Below, one piece after another: positions 21,453 through 31,231 of a stretch of 64,000 nt of DNA. Numbering within the stretch: the stretch's first letter is position 1; each line of letters starts with the position of its first letter. Position numbers and translations under genes: made by a program. Where the stretch lies: the NCBI GenBank assembly GCA_965116495.1, contig OZ220696.1, positions 1,632,001 to 1,696,000 of the forward strand. Direction: 5' to 3'. Below the pieces are notes generated by a model. The model saw only the letters and a list, made by a program, of their open reading frames with translations. It made no database searches and was not told the origin of the DNA. The stretch is from Gammaproteobacteria bacterium. Its GTDB lineage: Bacteria > Pseudomonadota > Gammaproteobacteria > Eutrophobiales > Eutrophobiaceae.

Positions 21453-21623
21453 ACGGAATTGCTGTTGATTATTTCTGCAATTATCGCGCGTTAGATGTTA
21501 TACTAGGGGCTTGATGTATAAGATAATAATCTGCGGATTGATTATATCTGAAAAATGCGTCATTATTGGCGGAATTGACGCTTAACCCCCCCCCTGTAAC
21601 CGGGCAAACTGGAGAATAGAAAT

Positions 21624-21926
21624 ATGAAGAGAACCTTGGTCAAAGTGACTTTTTTTGCTGCTGTACTGATGATACTGGGCGGCTGTGCGACAGTTGAGCA
21701 GCTTAATGAGGTTAGGGCAATTGCAGAGAGTGCTCAATCCGCAGCGAACAGCGCCGGCTCTGCGGCAAGCAGCGCGGGATCCGCAGCGGACAGCGCCATG
21801 TCAGCGGCCAATTCGGCAGCAGATGCGGCAAGCGCAGCCCAATCCGCGGCTGATGCGGCGATGGCATGCTGCAGTGAAAATTCAAGCAAGCTGGATCGCA
21901 TGTTTGAAAAAGCGATGCAGAAATAA
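21624..21926 (+). CDS. Lpp/OprI-like alanine-zipper lipoprotein
   Basis: Lipobox LGGC, Ala/Ser heptads, KLDRMFEKAMQK ending in Lys. Confidence 0.88.
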   Translation: MKRTLVKVTFFAAVLMILGGCATVEQLNEVRAIAESAQSAANSAGSAASSAGSAADSAMSAANSAADAASAAQSAADAAMACCSENSSKLDRMFEKAMQK

Positions 21927-22088
21927 GCGGCTTACCAGTCTGATCGCTTAAACAACTACTTCGCCTCCGGTGCGCTGCGTCACTGCAGTGTACCGGAAAG
22001 AGGTATAACCAAAAGCCGCACAACCCTGGTTGTCATGCGGACGGGTGGGTGTTTCTTAAATTCTAGTCCGTTTTGCTTGTTTCACCCC

Positions 22089-23048
22089 TTACTGCTGTTG
22101 TCTATAGATAATCCGGCCGATTTCAACCGGTATTCCGTTGCTCTCAGCGATGACTGATTCAGCCAGGCTCCAATCCACCTGGTAATCCCTGTCTCCGGTA
22201 ATTTTTATCAGCATTTCAACAATAATGCTCAGGTTCCCATCGAATTGCTCCCCATCCTCCTCCAGGAAAGGATGGGCTTCCAGGTAGATCCTGTCGTTAT
22301 AGCTGCCTACCTTGTAAGGCTGATTGACGATGCGCACAGGCGTGCGCAGTTCCACCTGCTGGTACAGGCTCTTGATGTCTTCAGGATACAGGCGGATACA
22401 ACCGTGGCTGACCCGCATCCCTATTCCGAAAGGTTTGTTTGTGCCATGGATAATATACTCGGGCATTCCCAGCCTCATTGCATAATTGCCCAGCGGGTTA
22501 TCCGGCCCCGGGGGTACCCGTTTAGGTAACGGATCACCTTGTTCGGCATGTTCCTTGCGGATGGATTCAGGCGGATACCAGGAGGGCCGGGTTTTCTTCT
22601 GGATGATCCGGGTATTCATATACGGGGTTGACCAGCCCAGACGACCCACCCCGATCGGGTGGGTAATAACCTCGGAAACCTGGTCGGATTCCTGTGGCGG
22701 GAAATAGTAAAGACGCATCTCGGGTATGTTCAGCACTATACCGACATGGGGGGTGACAGGTAATACAAACAGGTTTGGCAATACAATTTCCGTCCCCTCA
22801 CCCGGTAACCAGGTATCCACGCCGGGATTGGCCAGTTTGATCTCCCGGAAACCCAGTCCGTTGGCCCTGGCTATGTCCGGGAGTGTGTCTTCGTGTTCGG
22901 CGCGGACTTCCTCCAGGTTGCCTATCATCGAATCACCGGGGGTCTTCAGCGTATAGGAGACAGTCGCCCAGACCGGTATCCAGGTGAATGCGCTTGTCAG
23001 GATAAAAGCAAGCCGGATGAGTGGACCTGGTAATATTTTTCCGAACAT
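22089..23048 (-). CDS. L,D-transpeptidase (ErfK/YbiS/YcfS family)
   Basis: ANPGVDTWLP, NIPEMRLYYF, GPDNPLG, IHGTN...SHGCIRL. Confidence 0.95.
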   Translation of the reverse strand: MFGKILPGPLIRLAFILTSAFTWIPVWATVSYTLKTPGDSMIGNLEEVRAEHEDTLPDIARANGLGFREIKLANPGVDTWLPGEGTEIVLPNLFVLPVTPHVGIVLNIPEMRLYYFPPQESDQVSEVITHPIGVGRLGWSTPYMNTRIIQKKTRPSWYPPESIRKEHAEQGDPLPKRVPPGPDNPLGNYAMRLGMPEYIIHGTNKPFGIGMRVSHGCIRLYPEDIKSLYQQVELRTPVRIVNQPYKVGSYNDRIYLEAHPFLEEDGEQFDGNLSIIVEMLIKITGDRDYQVDWSLAESVIAESNGIPVEIGRIIYRQQQ

Positions 23049-23566
23049 CAGTATTCCTGCAGTCTGGGCATGAGTTCAACCAGGTTGCAAGGCCGGGTCC
23101 GGTAATCCAACTGGTGTGAGATAATCTTGTCCCAGGCAGTTGCGCAGGCGCCCGATGAACCCGGCAGACAGAAAACATAGGTACCGCCGGCTACCCCGGC
23201 AACAGCACGAGATTGCAGTGACGAAGTACCAATCTCCTGGTAGGACAAATACCGGAACAGCTCTCCGAAGCCCTCAATTTCCTTATCAAACAACACGGAA
23301 ACGGCCTCGGGCGTGCCGTCCCGGCCGGTTACCCCTGTCCCCCCGGTGGCCAGAACCGCATCCACATCTGCAACGGCGCACCAGCGTGAAACCGCCGCGC
23401 GGATCCGGTATATATCATCCGGTACTATGGATTTTTCATAGAGACTGTGACCCGCCTCTTCCAGCCTGCGGGCCAGGAGTTTTCCGGATTTGTCGGTTTT
23501 TTCCGTGCGTGAATCGGAAATGACCAGCACGGCGATATTCAACGGTTTAAATTCTCTGTCAGGCAC
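23048..23566 (-). CDS. moaB: Molybdenum cofactor biosynthesis protein B
   Basis: DKSG, TGGTGVTGRDGTPEA, QSRA, RPCNLVELMPRL; start placed at GTG 23566. Confidence 0.93.
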   Translation of the reverse strand: MPDREFKPLNIAVLVISDSRTEKTDKSGKLLARRLEEAGHSLYEKSIVPDDIYRIRAAVSRWCAVADVDAVLATGGTGVTGRDGTPEAVSVLFDKEIEGFGELFRYLSYQEIGTSSLQSRAVAGVAGGTYVFCLPGSSGACATAWDKIISHQLDYRTRPCNLVELMPRLQEY

Positions 23567-23591
23567 GGTATACCCATATTCTAAACTGAGA

Positions 23592-23643
23592 GGGGACAGG
23601 TTTAAACATGCCCCTCGCAAGTAGTAAGCAGGGGTCCGTCCCC
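23592..23643 (-). repeat. GGGGACAG-family palindrome with hairpin insert (reverse orientation)
   Basis: reverse complement ggggacggac-ccctgcttactacttgcgaggggcatgt-ttaaacctgtcccc. Confidence 0.8.
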
Positions 23644-23687
23644 GGTACGCCCAAAATGCATGAGGGATATTTCAGCGTAACATAAAC

Positions 23688-23711
23688 GGGGACGGGTTTA
23701 AACCGGTCTCC
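23688..23711. repeat. GGGGACAG-family palindrome, empty form, containing the MATE stop codon
   Basis: ggggacgggtttaaaccggtctcc. Confidence 0.7.
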
Positions 23712-25062
23712 TTTCTACGGAAGAAGCGGGAGCTGGTTTTAACCCGGCCACGTTACTTTCCGCAATCCAGTGCGCGGCTGAGCGATAATACCAGAGCAGG
23801 CTCAATGCACGGGCGATGAAAAATCCCATCAGGGCCAACCACAGCCCGTGGTTGCCCAGGCCCTCCAGCAGGTACCAGCATGGCAGATAGACGATGAACG
23901 TTGAAAAAATCATGCCGTTCCTGAGTTCCCTGCCCCGGGTAGCGCCGATGAAAATACCGTCAAACATAAAACACCAGACAGAAATAAGCGGCGATACGAT
24001 CATCCAGGGCAGGTAGAGATAGGCAGTTTCCCTGACGACCGCTATATCCGTCATCAGGTTCACCATCCATGTGCCTGCGACGATAAACAGCAACGCATAA
24101 AGAAATGCGACACCACCCCCCCAGGTCATCACCGAACGGACAGCTCGTTTAAATTGCCTCTGGTCTCTTGCGCCGACGGCCTTGCCGACCAGGGCCTCGG
24201 CAGCATTGGCAAAACCGTCCAGACCCAAGGCCACCAGCATTTGGAAGTTCAACAGGATGGCATTAGCCGCCAGGATCAGTTCACCCTGGTTTGCACCCTG
24301 CCTGGTAAAAAAGGCAAATGCGAAGATCAGGCACATGGTCCTTAAAAAGATATTCTGGTTCAATACCAGCAAGGCGGTAAAATCCTTCACGTCAAAGATA
24401 ACCAACCTGCGCCAGTGCCCCGGATGCCGTTTCAATTCCCCGTAAATGAAAAGACCCGCCAGTGCAGAGCCGGAAAACTGTGAGATGACGGAAGCAAGGG
24501 CCACACCGCGCACGTCCATATCCAGACCAAACACGAAAATAAAATCGAGGACAATATTAAGAATACCGATCAACAAGGTGACATAAAACGTGGCCCTGGC
24601 ATTTTGCATTCCCAGCAGCCAACCGACACAAGTCATGTTCAACAATACGGCCGGCGCTCCCCACACGGCCCAATAGAAATATACCCCGGCGTTGCTCTTG
24701 ACATCCGGGGTACCACCGACCAGGTCGAGCCCCAGGGTAATAATGGGGGTCTGGAGCAACAGGATGAAACAGGCAATGATCAGACCGAGGAAGCAACTGT
24801 GCAACAGGGCGGATCTGAGACGGTCCGGATTTTCATCTCCCTTGAGCTGGGCAACGACGCCCACCGTCCCCATACGAAGAAAACCCATCCCCCAGTACAG
24901 GAAACTGAAAATCACGGAAGCAACTGCTACTGCGCCGATATATGCAGGGGTTTCCAGGTGCCCGACCACTGCCGTATCAACCATTCCCTGCAGGGCAATC
25001 GTCAAATTGGACAGGATCAAAGGTCCCGCCAGGCGTAGCAGTTGAGTATTATGTGATAGCAT
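23698..25062 (-). CDS. MATE family efflux transporter (DinF-like)
   Basis: PLILSN..VDTAVVGHL, GFLRMGT, LDGFANAAEALVG, DGIFIGATR; ~12 TM. Confidence 0.93.
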   Translation of the reverse strand: MLSHNTQLLRLAGPLILSNLTIALQGMVDTAVVGHLETPAYIGAVAVASVIFSFLYWGMGFLRMGTVGVVAQLKGDENPDRLRSALLHSCFLGLIIACFILLLQTPIITLGLDLVGGTPDVKSNAGVYFYWAVWGAPAVLLNMTCVGWLLGMQNARATFYVTLLIGILNIVLDFIFVFGLDMDVRGVALASVISQFSGSALAGLFIYGELKRHPGHWRRLVIFDVKDFTALLVLNQNIFLRTMCLIFAFAFFTRQGANQGELILAANAILLNFQMLVALGLDGFANAAEALVGKAVGARDQRQFKRAVRSVMTWGGGVAFLYALLFIVAGTWMVNLMTDIAVVRETAYLYLPWMIVSPLISVWCFMFDGIFIGATRGRELRNGMIFSTFIVYLPCWYLLEGLGNHGLWLALMGFFIARALSLLWYYRSAAHWIAESNVAGLKPAPASSVERRPV

Positions 25063-25206
25063 CGATGATAGGACGCCTGACGTTTAATGGCCTGGGTGAT
25101 CCGGCAATTTTGCCGATACGCTGATCATTACGGGAGTGCGCCGCTCTCCCGTGTTTGCCGGAAATGTATTTACAGACCGGGGATTAATCGAAATCAGCGA
25201 CTCCGC

Positions 25207-25803
25207 TCATCCACCACCCCATTTCCCGAAAAAAAAGTGCTCGCTCGCGGGATTTCGTTTTCTCGGTGCAAATTCTCTCTGCTGACGTTCCTCCGGTATT
25301 GCCTCCCGCGCCACCTGATAACCGATGGCAATCATGGCCATCGGCGTGTGATCGTCCGGTATGCCGAAAACCTGGCTGGATTTATCAGCGTCGAAGCCTC
25401 CCATCTGGTGGGCCATGAGACCGAGGTCGGTGGCCTGCAGACATAAACTGATGCCGGCGGCGCCGGTATCATATTGCGCCCACCTGTTAGGCTCGCCGTT
25501 ATGCTTGAAGCGTTCCACCGCGACTGCCAGGATGAGTACCGGTGCATTTTGCGCCCAGGCGCGGTTTCCCTCTACCAGGCAGTCGAAGGCTGTGTCCCAG
25601 GCCGCTTCGTCCCTGGACCGGTCACAGATAATGAAGTTCCAGGGCTGGGCGCCGTAACAGGACAGGGACCACCTTGCGGCCTCTATACAGGCGGAGAGTT
25701 TCCCGGCTTCCACCGTCCGCTCAGGGTCATACGCCACGCCGCTCCAGCGACTCGCCAACATGCCATTAATGGGAACTTCCGTAATTGCTTTTTTTTCAAA
25801 CAT
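25207..25803 (-). CDS. Nitroreductase family protein
   Basis: RWS, EAARWSLSCYGAQPW, YDTGAA, HQMGGFD. Confidence 0.92.
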   Translation of the reverse strand: MFEKKAITEVPINGMLASRWSGVAYDPERTVEAGKLSACIEAARWSLSCYGAQPWNFIICDRSRDEAAWDTAFDCLVEGNRAWAQNAPVLILAVAVERFKHNGEPNRWAQYDTGAAGISLCLQATDLGLMAHQMGGFDADKSSQVFGIPDDHTPMAMIAIGYQVAREAIPEERQQREFAPRKRNPASEHFFFGKWGGG

Positions 25804-25850
25804 AATATTTTTCCTATGTAATGTTCAGTGAATGAAAACTGTTGAGTAGT

Positions 25851-26148
25851 TCAGCTTTCGGTCACTTCAATCCAATAATCAGGTTTTCTATGCTGATGGG
25901 CAACAGCTATCACAAATATGTGATCTTCTTCAATGGAGTACAAAAATTTTATAAGGGAATTTATGCAGAAGGCACTTTCTTATTTCATCACGCTCTACTG
26001 ACCATGCTTCCGGGTATTCTGATATCCTGATAATGGCTTTCCTGACTTCTTCACGAAATCATTTTCCAAGGCCGGCAAATTCCATTTCATAAAAGTTCGT
26101 TGCATCGTTAAGTTCGCTTACAGCCAACCCGGAAAATACGACTTTCAT
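25851..26148 (-). pseudogene. RelE/ParE-family toxin pseudogene
   Basis: Manual translation MKVVFSGLAVSELNDATNFYEMEFAGLGK*FREEV...HKFPYK/(frameshift)ILYSIEEDHIFVIAVAHQHRKPDYW; TGA at 26059-26061 and one extra base at ~25942-25946. Confidence 0.85.
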
Positions 26149-26363
26149 TATTCGTTCTTAAATACTTCCTCCATTGGCACTCCTTCGAGATTGCCCTCGC
26201 GATAATCGCGCAAACGCTTTTCTGCTTCCTCGGCCCGGAGCGCGTCCAGTAATTTGTCCGGTTCGTCAAGACTTTTTAAAATCCCTTCAACGAGCAGGAA
26301 TCTTTCATCCGGCTTTAGCGCCAGAGCTTGTTCAAGTACTTTTTTACCGCTCATTATATTCAC
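26148..26363 (-). CDS. Addiction module antitoxin
   Basis: ALALKPDERFLLVEGILKSLD..EEAEKR..VPMEEVF; TAATG coupling to the toxin pseudogene. Confidence 0.85.
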   Translation of the reverse strand: MNIMSGKKVLEQALALKPDERFLLVEGILKSLDEPDKLLDALRAEEAEKRLRDYREGNLEGVPMEEVFKNE

Positions 26364-26532
26364 CCTGAGTTTCCTGGTGTTGTGTGCAAATTATGTATGA
26401 CGAAATCAAGTAACTCAAGCTCTTGTCTCAAACATGCGAACCTGTATTAATTATTCCTCGCAGGGTCAGTGAGGAGCGATATACTCATTCACTGATATAC
26501 TCCAATATATCACGAAAGACGTCCACTCCATT

Positions 26533-27705
26533 TCAATCCCGGCGCATACGGTCGGAGGTTGCAATGGGAGTGCGGTAGTTGAGGACTACGATACCGGAGG
26601 AAATGATAAAAGTGATTAAGGTGGCCAGTTGGATCATGTATGAGGTATCCTGCTGGATAAATCGCGCTTCAGCCGCCAGTACTGCAATCAGGAAGGAAAA
26701 CTCGCTGATCTGCCCCAACCTGTAACCGACTTCCCTGGAGATTGCCCGTTTTTCATGGGCTTTGACGAACAGCTTCTCAAAAATCACGGGCTTTACGACC
26801 AGGGCACAGGCAGCAAGAACTGTTGCCGGGAGCACGATTTCAGAGATGATATCCAGGTTGAAACTGGCGCCCATCGAGAAGAAAAACAATACCAGGAAGA
26901 AATCCCGCAATGGCTTTAACTTCATGGTGATAAACGGCGCAATCGGGCTGGACGCCAGGGTTATCCCGGCGATAAAGGCGCCGATCTCGCGGGACAGGCC
27001 CAGCATGGCGGCTACCTCCGCGACTGCCAGGCACCAGGCGATCGCCAGCAAAAAAATATATTCGTGAATTTGATCAAACCGGTTGATCAACCTGACGATA
27101 ACGTATCGTTCAACGAACCAGGAAATGAGGATTAATAACGGTAGCGTCAGTATCTGCATGGTGATATCGACCAGCAGTTGGTCGTTTTTCCCGTATCCCT
27201 GCAGCATCAGCAGGATAATGATCGCAATCACATCCTGGATCAGCAGCACGCTGATGATCATCTGTCCGGTATGGCGGTGGTGCAATGCAGTGGTGGGCAG
27301 CAGCTTTACACCTATGATGGTGCTGGAGAACATCATGATGGAACCGATCAACAACGCTTCGGCTAACGGGTAACTGAAGCCGAAGGCAATGGCGAAACCC
27401 ATCGCAAAAAAAATGAGCGAACTCAGTAAAGTGACCCACAGGGCCTCGCCCAGCATCTTCCATAATTCCTGGGGAAACAGGTCCAGTCCGAGCAGGTAGA
27501 GCAGGAAGACAATGCCGATATGCGCGATATCGGAAATCAATTCGGGGTCGTCAACCAGGCCCATGCCCCAGGGACCCAGGATGACGCCGAGCACGATATA
27601 CGCAACGATCATGGCCTGGCGCGCGTACAAGGCCAGGGTGGCAAGTATCGCGGCGCCGGTAAAAATCAGGAATATTGAAAACTCTATCTCGTGAACAGCC
27701 GTCAT
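26533..27705 (-). CDS. Cation:proton antiporter (CPA2 family)
   Basis: GIVFLLYLLGL, FSSTII, LLIQD, GAFIAG, LRDFF, QISEFS. Confidence 0.9.
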   Translation of the reverse strand: MTAVHEIEFSIFLIFTGAAILATLALYARQAMIVAYIVLGVILGPWGMGLVDDPELISDIAHIGIVFLLYLLGLDLFPQELWKMLGEALWVTLLSSLIFFAMGFAIAFGFSYPLAEALLIGSIMMFSSTIIGVKLLPTTALHHRHTGQMIISVLLIQDVIAIIILLMLQGYGKNDQLLVDITMQILTLPLLILISWFVERYVIVRLINRFDQIHEYIFLLAIAWCLAVAEVAAMLGLSREIGAFIAGITLASSPIAPFITMKLKPLRDFFLVLFFFSMGASFNLDIISEIVLPATVLAACALVVKPVIFEKLFVKAHEKRAISREVGYRLGQISEFSFLIAVLAAEARFIQQDTSYMIQLATLITFIISSGIVVLNYRTPIATSDRMRRD

Positions 27706-27726
27706 GGAATATAAAATACCATGATT

Positions 27727-27950
27727 ATCCGCAGATGACGCAGATTAACGCAGTTATTATTTTGAAGTAATTACGATTGTATTCGTCCGGCGGAAGCCGG
27801 AATCCAGTAATCAGATCGTCGCTTACAACACTTTATAGGAAGTCCCTCCTGGACCTGTATTTCACTGGATTCCCGCGTGCGCGGGAATGACGGCCTGGAG
27901 GATCAAGCCCGGCATAACGACTTAAACTCTATCTGCGCCATCTGCGGATA
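27727..27950. repeat. Mixed repeat cluster: CGCAGAT-family copies (27727, inverted at ~27930-27950) flanking CGTC-type REPs (27788-27808, 27865-27891)
   Basis: atccgcagatgacgcagattaacgcag; ccggcggaagccggaatccag; ctggattcccgcgtgcgcgggaatgacg; atctgcgccatctgcggat. Confidence 0.75.
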
Positions 27951-29292
27951 ATAACGGTTTTTTCATCAGGTAGATGATAAGCAATAGTGCGGGTGCGCCC
28001 AGCAATCCGGCATACAGGAAGAACCAGGCATAGCCCGCGGCTTCAACCACGATGCCGGAAAAACCGCCGATAATTTTTGCCGGCAGGGTCATCAGGGAAG
28101 AAAATAAGGCGTATTGTGTGGCGGTATACGTGGTATTGGTCAGGCTGGACAGGTAGGCGATGAAGGCCGAGGTGGCAAACCCGCCGCTCAGGTTGTCAAC
28201 GCTGATAACGACTGCCAGGCTCACAAGATCCGGTTCGCTCACGGCCAGCCAGACAAAGAATAAATTGGTCAGTGGTACAAGTACGGCGCCAACCAGCAAC
28301 GGCTTGTAAATCCCGTAGCGCAGGACGAATATCCCACCCAATCCTGCACCGAGAATGGTCATGAAAAAACCGAACACCTTGGTGACGTTTGCAATCTCGA
28401 TCTTGCTGAAACCCAGGTCCAGGTAAAACGGATTGGCCATGACTCCCATGGTGATATCGCTGAGCCTGAACGTCCCGATAAGGAGCAGGATCAACAGGGC
28501 AAGCATCCCGTTCCTGCGGAAAAACTCGACAAATGGACTGACTACAGCACCGGCAAACCAGGCGACCAGCCGGGATATCGGATCCGCGCCTTTGTCCAGA
28601 CCCATTTTCCGCTCCAGTTCATTTTCAAGTTTCCCGGTTGCCTCAGAGACCGGGTGGGTGGGTTCGGCAATGACCAGGGTCGTTATTACGCCTACACCCA
28701 TCAGGCAGGCCATGGTGAAATATGCGTATTGCCAGGTCTGGGCCGCGGCAATATAAAATGCGCCTGCGCCGGCTACAAGCAGGGCCACCCGGTAGCCGAA
28801 CACATAGCTGGCCGCCATGGCCCCCTGTAATAGCCTGTCTACCGCCTCAATACGATAGGCATCGATAGTAATATCCTGGGTCGCCGATCCGAATGCGACC
28901 AGCAGCGCAAAAATCGCGATTTGCTGCAACTGGGAATGGGGATCGGACAAGGCCATGCCTGCCAGACCCAGGGCAATCAGAAGCTGGGCCGACAACATCC
29001 ATGAGCGTCTTTTACCCATCCGCCCGGTCAGGAAAAAAATCGGTATCCGGTCAACTACCGGCGCCCAGAACACCTTGATCGAGTAGGTAATGCCTATCCA
29101 GCTGAAAAAACCGATGGTGGATAGAGCCAGCCCCGAATCCCGCAACCAGGCCGACAAGGTAGAAAACACCAGGAGAAAAGGCAGTCCCGCGGAAAACCCG
29201 AGAAAACTCATGGCAATGACGCGGGGGCGGCTGTACACCGCCAGTGCGTTGCGCCAGTCCCTGCCCGTTTTTTCGACCATGACGCTATTCAT
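27922..29292 (-). CDS. ampG: AmpG family muropeptide MFS transporter
   Basis: LGFSAGLP, KVFWAPVVD, ATQDITIDAYRIE, YTATQYALFSS. Confidence 0.93.
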   Translation of the reverse strand: MNSVMVEKTGRDWRNALAVYSRPRVIAMSFLGFSAGLPFLLVFSTLSAWLRDSGLALSTIGFFSWIGITYSIKVFWAPVVDRIPIFFLTGRMGKRRSWMLSAQLLIALGLAGMALSDPHSQLQQIAIFALLVAFGSATQDITIDAYRIEAVDRLLQGAMAASYVFGYRVALLVAGAGAFYIAAAQTWQYAYFTMACLMGVGVITTLVIAEPTHPVSEATGKLENELERKMGLDKGADPISRLVAWFAGAVVSPFVEFFRRNGMLALLILLLIGTFRLSDITMGVMANPFYLDLGFSKIEIANVTKVFGFFMTILGAGLGGIFVLRYGIYKPLLVGAVLVPLTNLFFVWLAVSEPDLVSLAVVISVDNLSGGFATSAFIAYLSSLTNTTYTATQYALFSSLMTLPAKIIGGFSGIVVEAAGYAWFFLYAGLLGAPALLLIIYLMKKPLLSADGADRV

Positions 29293-29317
29293 TCACAGGC
29301 ATATACTGGCCCGACTC

Positions 29318-31021
29318 TCAACTCTCCAACTCTTCTTCTGACATGTGGTGTCTGGGGTGGACCGGGCGCATGAAGGCGTTGCTGACCAGTGCGATGGCGA
29401 GCAGCAGGGCCATGAGGTACATGGTGCTGTTATACAGGTTTGTAGTCGGGTCGACCGTGCCGGGCGGGGCGATGTCCATCAGGCTGGCTATGGTCACGGT
29501 TTTTGCCTGTACCAGTGCGGGCAATTGGTCGATGCCGGCGCCGAACGCCTCGATAAACGCTGCCGGGTCAATCTTGCCGACCAGGTCGTCAATGGCCCGG
29601 GTTACGGCGTTTTCCCGCAGCGAGGTAATAGCCAGGGGGCCCAGCACGCCGGCGGTGCTCCAGGCGGTCAGCAGGCGGCCGTGGATACCCCCGACGTATT
29701 TCGTCCCAAAAATGTCGGCCAGGTAGGCCGGGATGGTGGCGAAGCCGCCGCCGTACATGGTGAAGATGATCATGGTGGCGGCGTAGAAGTACACCAGCCA
29801 GACTACCACGGGGTTGACGCTGACCTGCTGCGCGGTATAGGGAATGGAGCAATACAGCAAGATGCCCAGCGCGAAGAAGATCCAGTAGGTGTTGCGCCGG
29901 CCGATGTAATCCGAGGTGCTGGCCCATATAAACCGCCCCACCATGTTGAACACGCTGATCATGACGACGTAGGTTGCGGCAAATGCCCCGTCGACGATAT
30001 GCGGCAGGGTTGTGCCGAATATCTCGGTCATCATGGTCTTGGCCACGCCCAGCACGCCGATACCGGCGGTGACGTTAAAACAGAGTACGATCCATAACTG
30101 GTAAAACTGCCGGGTTTTCAGGGCCTGGTCGATGTCCACGTGGTTGCGCGTCATCATCTTCTTTTCGGCATGCGCCTCATCCGGTGGGGTCCAGCCTGCC
30201 GGTTGCCAGCCCGGAGCGGGCAACCGGTAGGAAAACGCGGCGATCATCATGATGACAAAATAAATCGCGCCCATGGTGAAGAAGGTCGCGGCGACACCGA
30301 CTGACCCGGTGCCCACCAGGTAAACCCCCTCGGGACCCGGTATCACCATCTGCGCGACCTCGTTGGCGCCGACAACGACGACTTCGCGCAATTCTCCACC
30401 AACTTCCGCAAAACGCCGGCCCGCCCTGGTAACCAGTTCGAGATCGGCAACCGCGCCGAGGTACTCGGGTGCCTTATAGTAAAACTGGATAAAATACTCC
30501 TTCAGGGGAGCGCCGATCATGGCGCCGCCGCCGAAACCCATTATCGCCATGCCTGTGGCCATGCCGCGCCGGTCCGGGAACCAGCGGATCAGCGTGCTGA
30601 CCGGTGAGACATAACCCAGACCCAGGCCGCATCCCCCGAGCACGCCGTAGCCAAGGTACAACAACCACAACTGGTGGGTGACGATGCCGACACCGCCGAC
30701 AATGAAACCGCCGCCCCAGCAGCAGGCCGAGACGACGCCTACCATGCGCGGTCCCACAGTCTCCAGCCACCTGCCGGCAATGGCCGCCGCCAGCCCCAAG
30801 ACTACAATCGACACGGTGAAAATCCATACGACACCCTTCAGGGTCCAGTCATCGGCGGCGCTCATCACCACGCCGACCTGCTTGATAAGGGCGGGATTAA
30901 AGATGCTCCAGGCATACACCGAACCGATGCAAAGGTGAATACCCAGGGCCGCAGGGACGATCTTCCAGCGATTGAATCCAGGTTCTGCGATGATGTGTTG
31001 CTTGGACAGGATGCCTGACAT
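29318..31021 (-). CDS. OFA (oxalate/formate antiporter) family MFS transporter
   Basis: HLCIGSVYAWS, WFPDRRGMATGMAIMGFGGG, YGGGFATIPAYLAD. Confidence 0.9.
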   Translation of the reverse strand: MSGILSKQHIIAEPGFNRWKIVPAALGIHLCIGSVYAWSIFNPALIKQVGVVMSAADDWTLKGVVWIFTVSIVVLGLAAAIAGRWLETVGPRMVGVVSACCWGGGFIVGGVGIVTHQLWLLYLGYGVLGGCGLGLGYVSPVSTLIRWFPDRRGMATGMAIMGFGGGAMIGAPLKEYFIQFYYKAPEYLGAVADLELVTRAGRRFAEVGGELREVVVVGANEVAQMVIPGPEGVYLVGTGSVGVAATFFTMGAIYFVIMMIAAFSYRLPAPGWQPAGWTPPDEAHAEKKMMTRNHVDIDQALKTRQFYQLWIVLCFNVTAGIGVLGVAKTMMTEIFGTTLPHIVDGAFAATYVVMISVFNMVGRFIWASTSDYIGRRNTYWIFFALGILLYCSIPYTAQQVSVNPVVVWLVYFYAATMIIFTMYGGGFATIPAYLADIFGTKYVGGIHGRLLTAWSTAGVLGPLAITSLRENAVTRAIDDLVGKIDPAAFIEAFGAGIDQLPALVQAKTVTIASLMDIAPPGTVDPTTNLYNSTMYLMALLLAIALVSNAFMRPVHPRHHMSEEELES

Positions 31022-31231
31022 GATTTACCCCTTGTTATTGTTATCTGTTTGTGCGCTCCCCGGACACCTTCATCGCCTGGTCAGACCGGGATAAATGTAA
31101 GCCATTGTAAGTGAAAAGCTACGCGGGTAGAAGTGAGTCAGCGTAATTGATTTTGACGATACCTGCGGGCTGCGCCTTGTCTTGACGTCGCTGTGTGGCT
31201 CTGAACATGTCAATATTAAGTTGAAAGAGTA

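Noticed and set aside
21927-22088. Structured ncRNA or tRNA in intergenic hairpins (also 25063-25206, 31022-31231)
   Set aside because: Only imperfect hairpins consistent with terminators; no tRNA or riboswitch consensus recognised
26059-26061. In-frame TGA as selenocysteine or readthrough
   Set aside because: Position is not Cys-like (likely CGA to TGA) and the gene has a second, frameshift lesion
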